From: Amphiscolops sp. MND2022 | Lineage: Eukaryota | Direction of reading: 5' to 3' | Assembly: GCA_964187785.1 (NCBI GenBank) | Contig: OZ076409.1 | Location: 40,798,001 to 40,862,000, forward strand | DNA length: 64,000 nt | Shown: positions 52,031 to 64,000 of the stretch, piece by piece | Numbering within the stretch: the first letter of the stretch is position 1 | Layout: each line of letters begins with the position of its first letter | Program-made: the position numbers and the translations under genes | The notes under the pieces: generated by a model | Seen by the model: only the letters and a program-made list of their open reading frames with translations | What the model was told of the DNA's origin: nothing | The model's database searches: none

Positions 52031-53850
52031 GTTTTTAGCCATTATTTGAGTTACAATGGACTTAGCTTAGTTTTGTAGTCAAAAACTACTATTAAGACTA
52101 GGTAAAAATGATGTCTCAGAAATATACGGAAAACAAGAAGTATATGTCTTCTTTGCTTTGCAATCGTTACCATTTCTCGTGCCTATTGAGTTTCTGAATT
52201 GAGATTTGTCCTGTGTCTATTGAACTCTCTTCTCTGTTGGCATGATCTCGTTTCTTAATTTTTTATGTTTCCTATGTTGGTTGGAGTTTTTTGTCTGCCG
52301 CTCGGGCTGGGGGCACATGATGAATAAAGAAGGTTTTTTTTTTAAAAAAATAACGCTGATTGATGACGTCGATCCAATTCTGATGAATCAAAAAATGATG
52401 TCAAGTGACTTGTAACCAGTATAAGTATGTACATTTTACCAATGATGTTATATCCGTAATTTTATGAGCAGGCTGGTAGTCCACACGCTGACGTTATGCA
52501 TGGTTACGTATGCTATATATATCAAAGTAGTTTAATCAATTCTTCTTCGGCAACTTTTCCTTCACGATTTACACCGAGAAACCTAATAGGACCATTGAGG
52601 AGGGTTTCTGTGGAGGCAGTTGATGAAGAGAATATTCTTCCGATTTCTTGTCATGAGATGATTCTGCATTCATTCAAATGTTTTGTTTTCTTTCTGAGCT
52701 CGGTGGTTGTCTTTTCAAGGCCTGGCCCTTCGTAGTCGCGTAGTAGTAATTTTAGTTCATTTCAGTATGGGTTCAACTAGTTCAACTAGTATGGGATGTA
52801 GCAGGTGTGGCCGTCCTCACGCTCGGTTGTCTGAATCAATGCTTGTGCATTTATGAAATCTCCGCCACCATTGTTCGATTACCATGAACGACAAGTGGCC
52901 CCGGAAGAGCCCGCTCCTGGCGAAATCAGCCAAATTTTCAACAACGCGTCTTATAAAACTCCCCCGTCGTTCAGCGTTAGAAAAATATTTCCCATTAGTT
53001 TACTTTTCAATATTTATGCGTTTGTATAACAGTTGTCTACTCTCTCTTTACATTAATTTCATGGCAACAAATCGCGTGCTCATCTACCTAACAAAAATTT
53101 TTCTTTTAATGTTTTAATGAAGAGTATATTCCGTTATGGTTTCATGGAATCAAGTTTTTGAATTATTCCTTCTGGCAGTATTGCTGGTTCAAATCTTTTC
53201 CAACATGCATCCTTGTTATGTATGTTGAAACACCTTAAATGAAGTGGATATGGAAAAAGTAATTCCGCAATTGATGCATACCCCTGAAAATTGATACGGA
53301 TTTTTTAGTGTTCGGGTCTACGGTGCTTTATTGTTTCTCACTTCGCAATTTTTTCTTCTGTGAAGCATGTCTGCCTCTCAAGTTTCATCCGAGAAACAGT
53401 TTCATGACTCGTTTTGAAGCTATAGCGGTTTACAGTCTACGGAAACTGTGACAGATTAAGTAACAAGATAGTGTGGACTAATGACATGGCGCAATATACC
53501 GTCTTAAGCTAATATTTCAAATCATGGATAAATGGTATCATCTTTCGAGCTGAAATGATTTTTACTGTTTAGCCTTGGGTTCAAATTAATGGCAAATGTA
53601 TTCTTAATGAAAGGTGTTTGTTCTGACAGTGAAGAGCAAAATTCGGTTTGTGCATGTGCTCGTGAGCCCATGTTTGCTAGGAACAAAACTTGTTTCTGTG
53701 AACAATGCTTTTATGTGTTCTTTTGTGACCAGGCTTAATTCTGTTGGTGAAGTCTGTTTTCTTCTAATGAGGTCTGTTACACAGTGAATACGCTTTGTCA
53801 TTTTCAGGGTCACTACAAAATTTCCTTCAATATATAATTGCTCACACTGG

Positions 53851-54772
53851 TTTTAGTCGGCACTTTATCCTTTTAAGGAAAAATGCCCGACTATAGCAGT
53901 GACCTTTTTTTTCTTCAGACTACAATCCTCACACTGATCGGTCCACTTTTCTTACAATTCTTACAATCTTAAAATCTTACAATTTTTACTTAGCAAATTT
54001 AAAATACTTGGCAAATTTAAAATAAAAAGCTTGCGAAGTAGTATTTTTACATCTAAGAAACTCAAAGGGTACTCCCTTAGAGTATTTTCGGCTCTGTGAG
54101 ACTTCGAAAAAAATTGTTTCCCCAAAGGGTCCCCCATTTAATTTTTTTGGAGTTTTCCGACAGAACGGATGTTGAAAAATCCCAAAGGGTCCCCCCTTGT
54201 CATGAGGTTGGTCCGAGCGGTGGACTATGAATTTTAGAAAGAACATTTTGTATCGTTTTATACTTCAGATTTAGCCTAGGTTATTTTCCTTTACTCAGGG
54301 TGACTAAAGTTTTATTGAAGAATTTTGTTTTAATGTAGAAGTCACAACTGAGAAATATAATTTACAACAGTTAATGCGAGTGTTCTTAAGATTGAGAAAG
54401 TTATCTTTTGTTTGACCACTTCGTTGTATCGTCATCCATCTCGGTGTTGTCAGCCTCCTATTGGTCCACAACTTTTATTGGCTAAATACATTGTCATCGA
54501 ATTTTTGTAATTGTATCATGACACCCCTTTCAGTTTTTTCGGCATTGTGAGACTTTTTTTCAAATTTTTTTTCACCAAAAGTGCCCCTCCAATTTTTTCT
54601 GATGATTTGCGACAGAATGGATGAAAAATTTCAAAGTGTCCCCTCTGGTGCGCCAATTCGGTTCAACTGGGTTTTTCCGGTACCGTAGAAGAGAATACTT
54701 TGACACTTTGAAGTCCTTTTGCTGTTTTTGAGCCTTAGATATGGCGCCGACTTGGGCCGTTCCCGGCTTGTT
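53851..54772 (+). mobile_element. HINE-like element containing a solo LTR
   Basis: TTTTAGTCGGCAC...TGCCCGACTA 5' hairpin; 3' GGCGCCGACTTGGGCCGTTCCCGGCTTGTT. Confidence 0.75.
54198..54523. mobile_element. 326-bp solo LTR (third family)
   Basis: TGTCATGA...TCATGACA perfect 8-bp inverted termini; 5-bp TSD CCCCT (54193-54197, 54524-54528). Confidence 0.8.
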
Positions 54773-56979
54773 TTAAACAAATTTGCCACTGAACTAAATT
54801 ATTTCGAAAGTGAGTATTGAAAAATTGAAGTTTGTTTTACATTTTTCCATCAGCCCAGTTTTTCTATTTGGATCCCTCGTTTATGCTTTAGGTGTAAGTT
54901 GTAATTCCTGACTGCAAATTTATAACTATCAAATATATGCGGGAGAAATGAAAAATCTTATCAAACAGCACATGCTAAAGCTCTGCAAAGAATGTCCAAC
55001 AGTCTACAGGGTCTTCCAGAAATTGTGTCAACTTAATTTCAAATATCTCAATTCAGAACGTAACTATTTTTAACAGATTTTTAACAATATATGGAACTTT
55101 TGTTTTTGATAAATGTTGAATAAGTTGGTTCATGACCGGAAAGAGGAAGTGTGAAAAAGTTAAATTTCCACTTAACAACATTGAGCGGAACAAAAAACAT
55201 CAATCAAAAGGTCCAATGTTTCTCTATGAAACCCTAAAAAATTCTTGTTCAATATGACGAATTTCTCACAATTTGAAGACATAACTTCTGACAGACCTTG
55301 TATAAGAACGCGATCTGGCGAAACTTCTGAATTCAGCGTCTCTAGTTTTGTTCTGGTTGATATCACGCTACCTCAAATTCTTTAAATGTTTAGTCTTGAG
55401 AACCTTTTCAGTGATATGGTAAACTTTCATTTCCTAAATCATTTTACAGTAAATTACTTTAGCTCTCAAAGTTGTCAGCTTAGAAGTTTCGAAAAGCCTT
55501 GGAAGAATAATTTGAAATGGTTTGCTTCTTGAGAATATATCGAAATGTTCCTACGAAACCTTTGTATTCCCAGGGACACTGCAGTTTCCGCCGTCGTTGG
55601 ATCGACTTTTTGGTATGGAACGCCATTACTACAATCTAACTTCACGATAGTTTGAATATTATAGATTTTTGTAAAATATGAAACAGTTGCATGAATTATT
55701 TTTCCAAATGTAGTCATGGGAAATCCATTTCTGCATTAGTCAAGATAGATTATGACAATTATTTTTTTGAAGTTCTTGGTCATTATATAGATTTAAAATC
55801 GCTTGCTATAAGACAGTTGACCTAATATTATTCCAAGTTACGGAATCAAACCAAACAAAAATCAAATTCCTAATTTTTGGTGTCATAGTTATAATTTTTG
55901 GTTTGTTATTTCTGATCCAAATCGCACCGTTTTTAAAAGTAGCATTGAAATGGCCGCATTTTGTTACGAATTGAATCCAAAATTACATCTTTTGTGATTA
56001 AAAAAGTACAAACGACAATGCGAGTTCAGTTGTTAATCCATGTGGGTCAGTTATAAATCAGGAAGCTAAAAAACATTTAAGACCAATTTTTGGGTCATTT
56101 TTTAGAAGTGTCTGGTGTCAAATTCGTCAATGAATAAAGTGTCTTCAGTTGGGGTCTGTTCGTGACGATGCTAAATCATCATGTTTCGCTACCACCCACG
56201 TCTTTAGTTCATGTGAAACTTTCTGAGTATGTGTAGTGGGCGTTTCGATTAGATTACTACGCGTTTTGATCCCACGTTTACTGTGGAGCGTGACAGCGCT
56301 TTTGTTGGAATGTTTACATTTTAATTTTCGCAGCATGTTAAATTGAATGAGGATGCATCATGCCGTATGAGGAGTATGGCTGTTGACATTGCATTGCTTC
56401 CTTCTGGCCTGTTTTTCTTCTGGATTTCTCCTCCAGGAGTTGCAAACTGATTGTCATATTATTGCACTCCGACAACACAGGAATCCCTTCTCGTTCAATT
56501 TGCCATTTCTTTCCACCGTTATGCAGATTTCGCTTTCATAATCCTCTTAGATGAAAGAAATGTTAACATCAAATGTTCGTAGCGCTTTTTTGTAACTTCG
56601 AGCGTTTCTTTGAAGTAGCAAGCTCGTGTTGCATTGTGTGGCTGAGCTCTGTGCATTGATCTTATAATATTCGGTATCTCATCGCTAATTGATGACTATT
56701 TTCATGGGAAGATATAACAGTGTTATGAAACATTGAATAGAGTTTGTTGAAGTTCAAATCAATATGTTCGAATTGCTAATAATTTTAGAAATTTGTGATG
56801 GTTCTGAGCTAGAAATGCTTTTGTGAAGTTAGAAATATCGCAAAAAAAATTTCATCACCCATGATAGTATATGAAATGATGGGTTTGTTTGTTAGTTGTA
56901 TCATGTATGTTCGACTGTTTCAGTGCATATGATAACTGAGAACTTGATATAAGTTCGTGAATGTCTCGAACGATACAAA

Positions 56980-59900
56980 ATGGCCTATGAATCAAGGCAA
57001 AGTTCAAGACGGACCTCGAAGCGTCCTCGTTCTTATGGAACTGAGGATATACCCGCCGCCAGCCTCATTCCATTTCCATCCGGCAAAAAGTCGTTCTTTT
57101 CTGAATTGGTAAAATTCCACACAGACAAGGGTACTGCGCTTCCCCGTTTTCCCACTATTTCCGGAGTTTTCGTCGACCTATTTGAACTGTATTGTGCTGT
57201 GGTTAATCGTGGTGGTTACAATCGGGCAACTTCGTTCGACTGCTGGAAAGAAATTGCAGAAGCTATCGGCTTATCCCATTGTACAAACTTGACTGTGGGA
57301 CTTAGACAAATCTACGCTCGCTATCTAGCCCACTATGAGTCCTTAACCATTGCGCTCGACGATGATGACTTTCACGACTTCGACGATCTTCATATGGACC
57401 CGGGGAGCAACAGTATTCTCCGCAAGAAGACTATGCCAACGATTACAGTATCCAACATTCCAGTTCCAATGACCTACAACCAGGATCAGCAAAACAAACA
57501 TGCCAAGTCTAATACGAGAAGCAACGCTGTTCAACTATGCGGGCATAGCTACCTGGACAAAGTCTATTTGGGGCTGTTGTCCGGGTTCCCCAACGAGCAA
57601 AAGTTTCTCGTGGACACTTGCATGCTGCTCAGCTTCGAACCGGCTCATGCACATGCAATATGTGGCCACCACCATCTCCTCAATGCCCTTCTGGCTCAAG
57701 TGGGCGTCTTGCCAGATGACTCTACCTTCATCTCTTTGTACCGTGACTGGTTCAGAAAAGTCTCCAACTGCTCCTTCATACAATTTTGGATAGATTCTGT
57801 GAAAAGCGACCTAGTCAAGTCTTACATTTTGCGGAATGACGTGTTCCGCGATCACCTCGTTGAAAGATCGCTGAACAAAAACGAATCATCGCATTTCGCC
57901 ATATTCGACTGCAATTGCAATGAATACCGAAAAGTGGCCCTGACTCTTTACTTACTCAGGCATCTGTCGTTCGAAAGCAGAAATCAAGATGCTCTTTCTG
58001 AAAACAAAGCTGTCAAGGAAATACTTCTGATGTGCATTGGCAATAAGTTCGCAAAGCTGAGAGTACTCGCTCTTGACACTATTGCCAATATGTCTTCATA
58101 TTTAAACTTATCACAAGATTGCCTTAATGATTTGATGTTCAAAACGATCCTTTCTCTACTTAACTCACCGGACAGCATAGAACGTATTCGTTCCATGGAA
58201 ATACTTGGCGGAATGTCTCAAATGCAATCTCGTGCATTAGTGATCGAAAAACTTCAAGTTAGTGTGTATGAGCAGATAGTTGCAATGTTAACTGTGCAAG
58301 ATTTATTAGTTCTCCTCAGCTGCGTTGGTCTTCTGTATCAGCTAACATACACCGGACCCGAGGCCTGTGAATGTTTGATTAAGGTGCAATTTGTTGTGGA
58401 ACAGCTGACTGCTCTAATCACGTTTGATGTTCAATCAATGGGCCTGGAAGCCCTGACGTCTGTGAAAGTCATCGAGCAGCCGAAATCCATCCTGGGCAGA
58501 ACACACCAATCCTCGAGTTCCACTTACAATGCTGGCCTTGGAATTGATCTGGAAAGGCCAATTGTCAAGTGGCTGTTGGGTACCTACGACCTCATAACTG
58601 AAGAATCAGTAGGAGTCTTCTCTAATGATGTACTCAGAGACTTCAAAAAGTCGACAGTTTGCTCATCGTTGAAAGCCTCCCATGTATCTCTGGTTAGTTT
58701 CAATCGTTGGCTCAAGAGTGCATTTCCGGCAGCGCCTGTGAAAGTTATCGATTCGCTTGACGGGTCCATTTTCCTCACTGGTGTTTGCAAGCGTGGAACT
58801 GTGGCGAAATATCCTAAGAACATACCTTCATCAGCTCAAGGACGAGCTTCAAACAATCCTGTGAAAGGCAGCGTCGGAAGTGCTGCTGTTAACAATCTGC
58901 CAGGCGGAATGATGAATCATACCAATAAACCATTTCCTATAAAACCTCAAGCCAGTTATGCTACTACCAAACCGACATCGCATACAAAGAAATTTCAAGA
59001 AACCCCAAAATTTTCTTCCGTTGAATCTTCGTCCAAAAACGCGATGGCGGCTCCGGCTAACAGAGCAATAATCGCTACCAAAGTTTCCGTGGATGCAAAA
59101 TACAACAATAACAACGTCACTACTAGTAGCATTAACCCAATTCACGTCGGCCAGCAGTTCGCGAATAAGGGTCAAAATGTTCTGCCCGCCGTAAGTGCCG
59201 TCCCAGTTCAAGTCAACAGTAGTGGAAACTCTGTCTGTAATAACAATAATGGAGGCGCACCGGTTCCTCCACAGCAGCAGCAGCAGCAACAACCAATTCT
59301 TGTCCAATTAATGTTACCGGGAAGTGGCGAGAGCGCTTTCAAGAAGCCAACAGAAGCTAATAAGGGCCCTATGATTGTAAATGAAATTACTAAATCAAAA
59401 GCAAATCATCAGCCGTCCACTCCTGCATTGTTTGTGGGATCCGTTTCAGGCAATCAGCTGATCTTTTCAGCGGTCCAGGGCAATAGCCCTGCCCCTCAGC
59501 AAACTTCATTGATAAAAGCTGTTATGAAACCTGTCAATGACGGAACCAACTCGGCGACATCTGCGAACAATGCACCTCCGCCGTCAATTGTGTTGGGCCC
59601 GGAAGCTGCCAATACATTAGCGCATACCAGAGCAATACCTACTGTCATTCACCAGCCACCAGTTGGAAGGAACTCAAATTCTTCATCGAAAACAATAAAT
59701 GCAACTCAGGGAGGTGCAACTCTGATGTGTAACTCGACTGTTATCACAAATTCGTCACTGGCTGCTGCTAGCTTCCAAGGAGCCCAAAACACACAACAAA
59801 GCCACAACGCAACAATAGTGCCAAACGTAGTGAAACCAAAACCCATCTCGAACTCCGTTGCGCCACCTATTACCACCAACATGCATGGCAAGCATCCCAA

Positions 59901-61884
59901 CATTACTTCGTACATGAACGGTAACTGCAATATTAGCAAAACGGTGAACGGAGATTACTACATCTCTGAAGTCAGCAATTCCTCTCTACCAAGCAGCCCC
60001 GCCAGTAACTTTGACAATAACGTGAAACCTCCCGCGCCTCCTGTGAATATTGCCACCGCCGCAGCCACTAAGTCCGGAAACGGGTCTACTGCATATCAGA
60101 ATGGATTGATCAACAGTGCTGGTAATATAGTAAACAACAAATGTGAGATAGTGAATGGGGTTGCATACAAGATTGTGAATAACGAGTGTATCAAAAGTAA
60201 TATTCCGTCTATCACTCCTAGCAATGATTCCCAACAACCGCAACAGCAGAAAATTTTGTACGCTGTACCTCAACAGAATCTGGCTACTGTCAAGTCCCAG
60301 CCGCCACCTGCTACATCAGCGCCCCATTTAGTTGTAAATGGAGAAGCCAATGAACCAATTTTGGATATAGAAAGCATAAAAACTTTGGTGTCACGGGCTC
60401 AAGTCGATATCAAACAAACTCTAGACCATGCTGCCAATTGCGTCATCGCCAACAACGTCATGACAGACAACGGAGGTATAAATGCTACTAGCGTGGTGCC
60501 CATTGTGACAAATAGCAACAAGAGCAGGAAGCGTCGCAGTTCCAATGAGCCGGAAGTGCAAGTCACCGCCGCAAACGGGCATAACAATGGTCAAATCTTT
60601 GTAACCCCTATCAATAACACCAACAGTGGTGGAAATGGGTTGTCAGGTTTCAAAAAAGTGAAAGTGAATGACATGTCCTCTTCTTCAAGACTGCCGCCTG
60701 TTGCCCGTGATAACGAATCAGTTTCTGCCAACGGTGTTGTCACATCGAACTTGCAGCAACAACAGCAGCAAAATTCACCTTCGGTGTCTAAGAAGGAATC
60801 CTACTCTTGCATCCCGTCTTTACATGCAGCTGTCAATTCTGTCATTGCGGCATCTGCTGACGGAAAACTGGTCACAGGAAACAACCAACTGTCTTTGGTA
60901 CCTTCTTCAACCTCTTCTAACACGACTAAAGTTATCATTCAACCCGTTAGTGTAGGCCCTTCATCTCCCCACACATTTCGTACCAATATCCCTCAACAAC
61001 CCGCTCCTCTGGTTGCCAGCGCGAACCCTGCCTCCGCCCAAGTCGCCAATGCCAACCCTAAACGTATAGTGCAGCCATTTGTGCCTGCTGTGGTTCAACC
61101 TCAAGCACAAACTGCTCGCAGTGCTACCAAAATGGAAACAACTGCCATTACTACTGTTGCTTCTGAGCCACCACCGCCCCAACAACAGCAACCTGAAGTG
61201 GCGCCAACTGTAGCTGTGGACCAGAACCCCGAAACAGAAGACGACAAATCTTCTGTCGCTCAGATGAACAGTCATTTGGTATACAAATGCGAATGGGATA
61301 ACTGTACTTCCAGATTTGAGAAATGGCAGCAGGTGTTCCACCACTGCTGTCGGGCGCACTGTAACATGGGGCCAGATGGGGCAGAAGTGTGTAAGTGGAA
61401 ATCTTGCGACGGTTTGAGAAGAAAGAAGTTTTCTCTTTTCACACATTTGCAGGAGAAACATTGCAGTGAAACCTTGTTGGAGAAAGCACGGCAATCGGCC
61501 GCTGCTAACACAGCCTCCTCTAATTCCGCAACAGCCGCCGGTAAACCCCCTGGAGCCCCTTCCACCTCTTCAAACTCAACAGCCGCATCTTCAACCAATC
61601 CAGAATCATTATACTCCATGCATACCCTGCATTTCGCGTTGCAGCGCAGTGGTTGGGTGCCGCCCAGCAAAGACACATCCCTCTCAGTTATTGAGAAGGA
61701 AGGACCTGTCAGCAAGGCTGTGAGGCTCAATGCTGCTCTAGTTTTGCGGAACTTAGCACAGCATTCCCCTGAAGGTCGTCGCTTGATACGACTGCAAGAG
61801 CGAAAACTCATTTTGGCAGCAACGAGTTGCATTGAAGCTTCTCCTTTTTTAGCTAGTTGTTTGTTAAATTTGTGCAATTTATGA
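56980..61884 (+). CDS. ARID2: AT-rich interactive domain protein 2 (BAF200/BAP170, PBAF subunit), 1634 aa, single-exon CDS
   Basis: N-terminal ARID (VDLFELYCAVVNRGGY...W..IAEAIG...LRQIYARYLAHYE); LLSGFPNEQKF...CMLLSFE; ARM-like region; RFX-like WLLGTY; long Q/N/S/P low-complexity region; two Zn fingers (CEWDNC...H, CKWKSC...HLQEKHC); C-terminal EGPVSKAVRLNAALVLRNL. Confidence 0.95.
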   Translation: MAYESRQSSRRTSKRPRSYGTEDIPAASLIPFPSGKKSFFSELVKFHTDKGTALPRFPTISGVFVDLFELYCAVVNRGGYNRATSFDCWKEIAEAIGLSHCTNLTVGLRQIYARYLAHYESLTIALDDDDFHDFDDLHMDPGSNSILRKKTMPTITVSNIPVPMTYNQDQQNKHAKSNTRSNAVQLCGHSYLDKVYLGLLSGFPNEQKFLVDTCMLLSFEPAHAHAICGHHHLLNALLAQVGVLPDDSTFISLYRDWFRKVSNCSFIQFWIDSVKSDLVKSYILRNDVFRDHLVERSLNKNESSHFAIFDCNCNEYRKVALTLYLLRHLSFESRNQDALSENKAVKEILLMCIGNKFAKLRVLALDTIANMSSYLNLSQDCLNDLMFKTILSLLNSPDSIERIRSMEILGGMSQMQSRALVIEKLQVSVYEQIVAMLTVQDLLVLLSCVGLLYQLTYTGPEACECLIKVQFVVEQLTALITFDVQSMGLEALTSVKVIEQPKSILGRTHQSSSSTYNAGLGIDLERPIVKWLLGTYDLITEESVGVFSNDVLRDFKKSTVCSSLKASHVSLVSFNRWLKSAFPAAPVKVIDSLDGSIFLTGVCKRGTVAKYPKNIPSSAQGRASNNPVKGSVGSAAVNNLPGGMMNHTNKPFPIKPQASYATTKPTSHTKKFQETPKFSSVESSSKNAMAAPANRAIIATKVSVDAKYNNNNVTTSSINPIHVGQQFANKGQNVLPAVSAVPVQVNSSGNSVCNNNNGGAPVPPQQQQQQQPILVQLMLPGSGESAFKKPTEANKGPMIVNEITKSKANHQPSTPALFVGSVSGNQLIFSAVQGNSPAPQQTSLIKAVMKPVNDGTNSATSANNAPPPSIVLGPEAANTLAHTRAIPTVIHQPPVGRNSNSSSKTINATQGGATLMCNSTVITNSSLAAASFQGAQNTQQSHNATIVPNVVKPKPISNSVAPPITTNMHGKHPNITSYMNGNCNISKTVNGDYYISEVSNSSLPSSPASNFDNNVKPPAPPVNIATAAATKSGNGSTAYQNGLINSAGNIVNNKCEIVNGVAYKIVNNECIKSNIPSITPSNDSQQPQQQKILYAVPQQNLATVKSQPPPATSAPHLVVNGEANEPILDIESIKTLVSRAQVDIKQTLDHAANCVIANNVMTDNGGINATSVVPIVTNSNKSRKRRSSNEPEVQVTAANGHNNGQIFVTPINNTNSGGNGLSGFKKVKVNDMSSSSRLPPVARDNESVSANGVVTSNLQQQQQQNSPSVSKKESYSCIPSLHAAVNSVIAASADGKLVTGNNQLSLVPSSTSSNTTKVIIQPVSVGPSSPHTFRTNIPQQPAPLVASANPASAQVANANPKRIVQPFVPAVVQPQAQTARSATKMETTAITTVASEPPPPQQQQPEVAPTVAVDQNPETEDDKSSVAQMNSHLVYKCEWDNCTSRFEKWQQVFHHCCRAHCNMGPDGAEVCKWKSCDGLRRKKFSLFTHLQEKHCSETLLEKARQSAAANTASSNSATAAGKPPGAPSTSSNSTAASSTNPESLYSMHTLHFALQRSGWVPPSKDTSLSVIEKEGPVSKAVRLNAALVLRNLAQHSPEGRRLIRLQERKLILAATSCIEASPFLASCLLNLCNL

Positions 61885-62105
61885 AGTCTTTGACCAACCA
61901 ACTGACCTCCTTTAATTTCAGTTCTTCTGGCCAGCAGACAAATTTCAAACGGGACATAATCGTCGTAATGTTTTTGTTGATATGTTGACATATTTCTTCT
62001 ATCAGTTGAGTGATTGGTCGTTGTTGTCAGTTTGAACGATCATGACTTAAAATGTTTTGTAAAACTTTTTGTCCTTCTCTAAAGTAGATTATCATCATTT
62101 AATTA

Positions 62106-62111
62106 AATAAA
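62106..62111 (+). terminator. Candidate poly(A) signal for ARID2
   Basis: AATAAA ~220 nt after the stop codon, followed by T-rich sequence. Confidence 0.5.
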
Positions 62112-63030
62112 CGACTAAATACACTTTTAATACTTCGTTTTCCCTTCCAAAGAACCGACCTGCAGGTATTTCCTGATCCAAAAGCGAAAGGCTAGCAGCA
62201 ATGCAAGCTGCATGTCAATTTGTTTTGAACTGTTTCGTCGGGTGACCAATATTTTGGAGAATTTCTGAGCTGTTTAAACTTCGAAGCTCTGATCGGATAT
62301 TTTTCTAAAACTTCAGAAAAGTTTTGATACGTTTCTTGTCGTACGTTTTTGATTTGTGTCAAAAAATTGGCTCGAAGCTTAACTTGACATGTAATCTAAA
62401 AATGTTCACAACCTTGAAAGATTATCAAAATGATTTTTTGTATTATGGATTTTCCAGTATTCGAAAAACGAAGATATTCTTTTCGCATTTCATATGTGCG
62501 TATTTATTGGCAAATCAGATGGCAAAGAAAGTGCGACTTATAATAAACTGTTTTGGTTATCGCAATGATGACCCGCAATGATTAATTTGTTTGTTTCAAA
62601 AGCACTCTCAAAATTTTTCTATGCAAAGTTGTTTCAGACGGCGCTTTCGAAGAAAGAGCAGTTTATAGAAATTAATTGAAGGCATCACGAATTGACAAAA
62701 TGTTTGCTTTGAATTTCAACTCAAAAATTGTCCAGTTGATCTGGGTTTGGCAGTTGAACTATTCTGAAAGCGTTGTCTGATGTAACGCATATAAAGTATT
62801 GCAAGACGCCCGCTGAGCAGCGAAATATTTTCCGCCCCAAACTGTTCTACAACGACATAAATTTGAGGCTCAACGATAGCCAAAGCACTATCAAAATGCA
62901 AAAGTTCGAAGAAAATGTTAGATACATCTCAGCCCATTTTTAGAGCAAACACCTAATTTATAAACACGCTAAGTCCCTAATTGTTTTGTTGTTAAACTAT
63001 GTGGATACCAGTACCTAACATCAAATTATC

Positions 63031-63430
63031 AGTCGGCTCTTTTCGTCAGGAAAGAGCACCTTTAGTCATTGATTTTCGTCAATATTTTTTTTCGATAACA
63101 CCTGATCTACCAAAAATTCTTCAACTTTTCAAGTAAAATCTTACTGCGACTGGACCTAGTGGTTAACATGGATTGCCTGCAGTGTTACAAGCAAGGGTAC
63201 GTGGGTTCGAGTCTCACACTCAACTATAAACTTGATGTTGGAAAAGTAGGGAAAGACCAACGCGTCCCCCAAAAACGTTTCGGGACTGTGCAACTTTTTT
63301 CAGTTTTTTATGCAAACATACACTCCCTCTCGTTCTTCAGCAGAAACCACAGCGTTTTGCAAAAGCATAGCTCGCCACTTCGTTTTTTTCTCGAACCTGT
63401 GCGACTTACAGAGTTTAGAGAACTTTTTTA
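63031..63430 (+). mobile_element. Degenerate HINE/SINE-like repeat with tRNA-type A and B boxes
   Basis: AGTCGGCTCTTTTC..GAAAGAGC hairpin; TGGACCTAGTGGTTAA (63151) and GGTTCGAGTC (63204); then TTTCGGGACTGTGCAACTTTTT HINE-type subrepeats. Confidence 0.5.
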
Positions 63431-64000
63431 AAGTTGAAACTACATATGTCTCTTCTAAAAAGCCTGATGGAAACGGAGTTTAGTTGTAAGTAACGTTTTT
63501 CGAAAGTTGTAATGATAAACTTGTCCGATATCTTTTGGAAACACTACCGGTGGCTACACGTTTCAATCCTGATCCCATGGGCTTTCTGATTGAAGTAAAG
63601 GTCCGGAAATGGTCCAATATTGGGACTGTTGTCGAAAATTGAGAAAACTCGGAAATTTTGGCACACTTGTTGATTTCGAGCAACTTCATCCCACTTTCTT
63701 CACAAATTGCGTTTTTATTACCCTGATGTTTCAACGTTAAGATCAATGGTTGTTCTATACAAACGTTTCGGTGTTTGAGCAAAAATTGGGATTAATGTGT
63801 CAAAAACGTGCTTTTTTGTCGGTTTTTTTTTGGATTTTGGGGTGTTTCTGAGGTCACTTCCAAAACAAAATTGCAGTTATACCTTCAAACCCGCCTACTG
63901 GATACAGGAATCAGTCCTTGCAGAATCGTTTGAACCATTTAATGCAAAGAAGTTGCTCGAAAATTGTACAAAAAAGTCCGTAACGTTAAAAACTTGAAAA

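Noticed and set aside
55172..56500. Short minus-strand ORFs upstream of ARID2 as a divergent gene
   Set aside because: Fragmented, with no recognisable homology or splice pattern.
61272..61991. 239-aa antisense ORF (and 60961..61494)
   Set aside because: Shadow frames of the ARID2 CDS with no motifs.
63149..63225. Functional tRNA gene
   Set aside because: A and B boxes are present but there is no convincing acceptor or anticodon stem; embedded in repeat sequence.

Overview
AT-rich, transposon-saturated animal (invertebrate) genomic DNA; no prokaryotic features, rRNA, real tRNA or CRISPR seen. Only two intact host genes are evident, each with a single uninterrupted CDS: (i) a DEG/ENaC-family channel (14285-16840) whose extracellular loop carries an unusual insert of two LDLa repeats, a CUB domain, a furin site and an Asp/Tyr-rich tract, and (ii) an ARID2/BAF200 orthologue (56980-61884). 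A possibly disabled CARD + death-domain gene lies at ~21-23.4 kb. The rest is nested repeats: a Ty3/Gypsy family ('A': three solo LTRs plus one 5'LTR-gag-pol copy) whose LTR itself encodes the first ~180-195 codons of Gag and starts with a conserved hairpin; a second Gypsy family ('B', two decayed copies with W instead of Y in the RT YxDD motif); many DINE-1/HINE-like non-autonomous Helentrons (one as a 3-kb tandem array) carrying tRNA-like A/B boxes; Mutator/foldback-like MITEs; and Tc1/Tc3 and Penelope relics. All calls come from reading the sequence by eye; boundaries of decayed elements are approximate.
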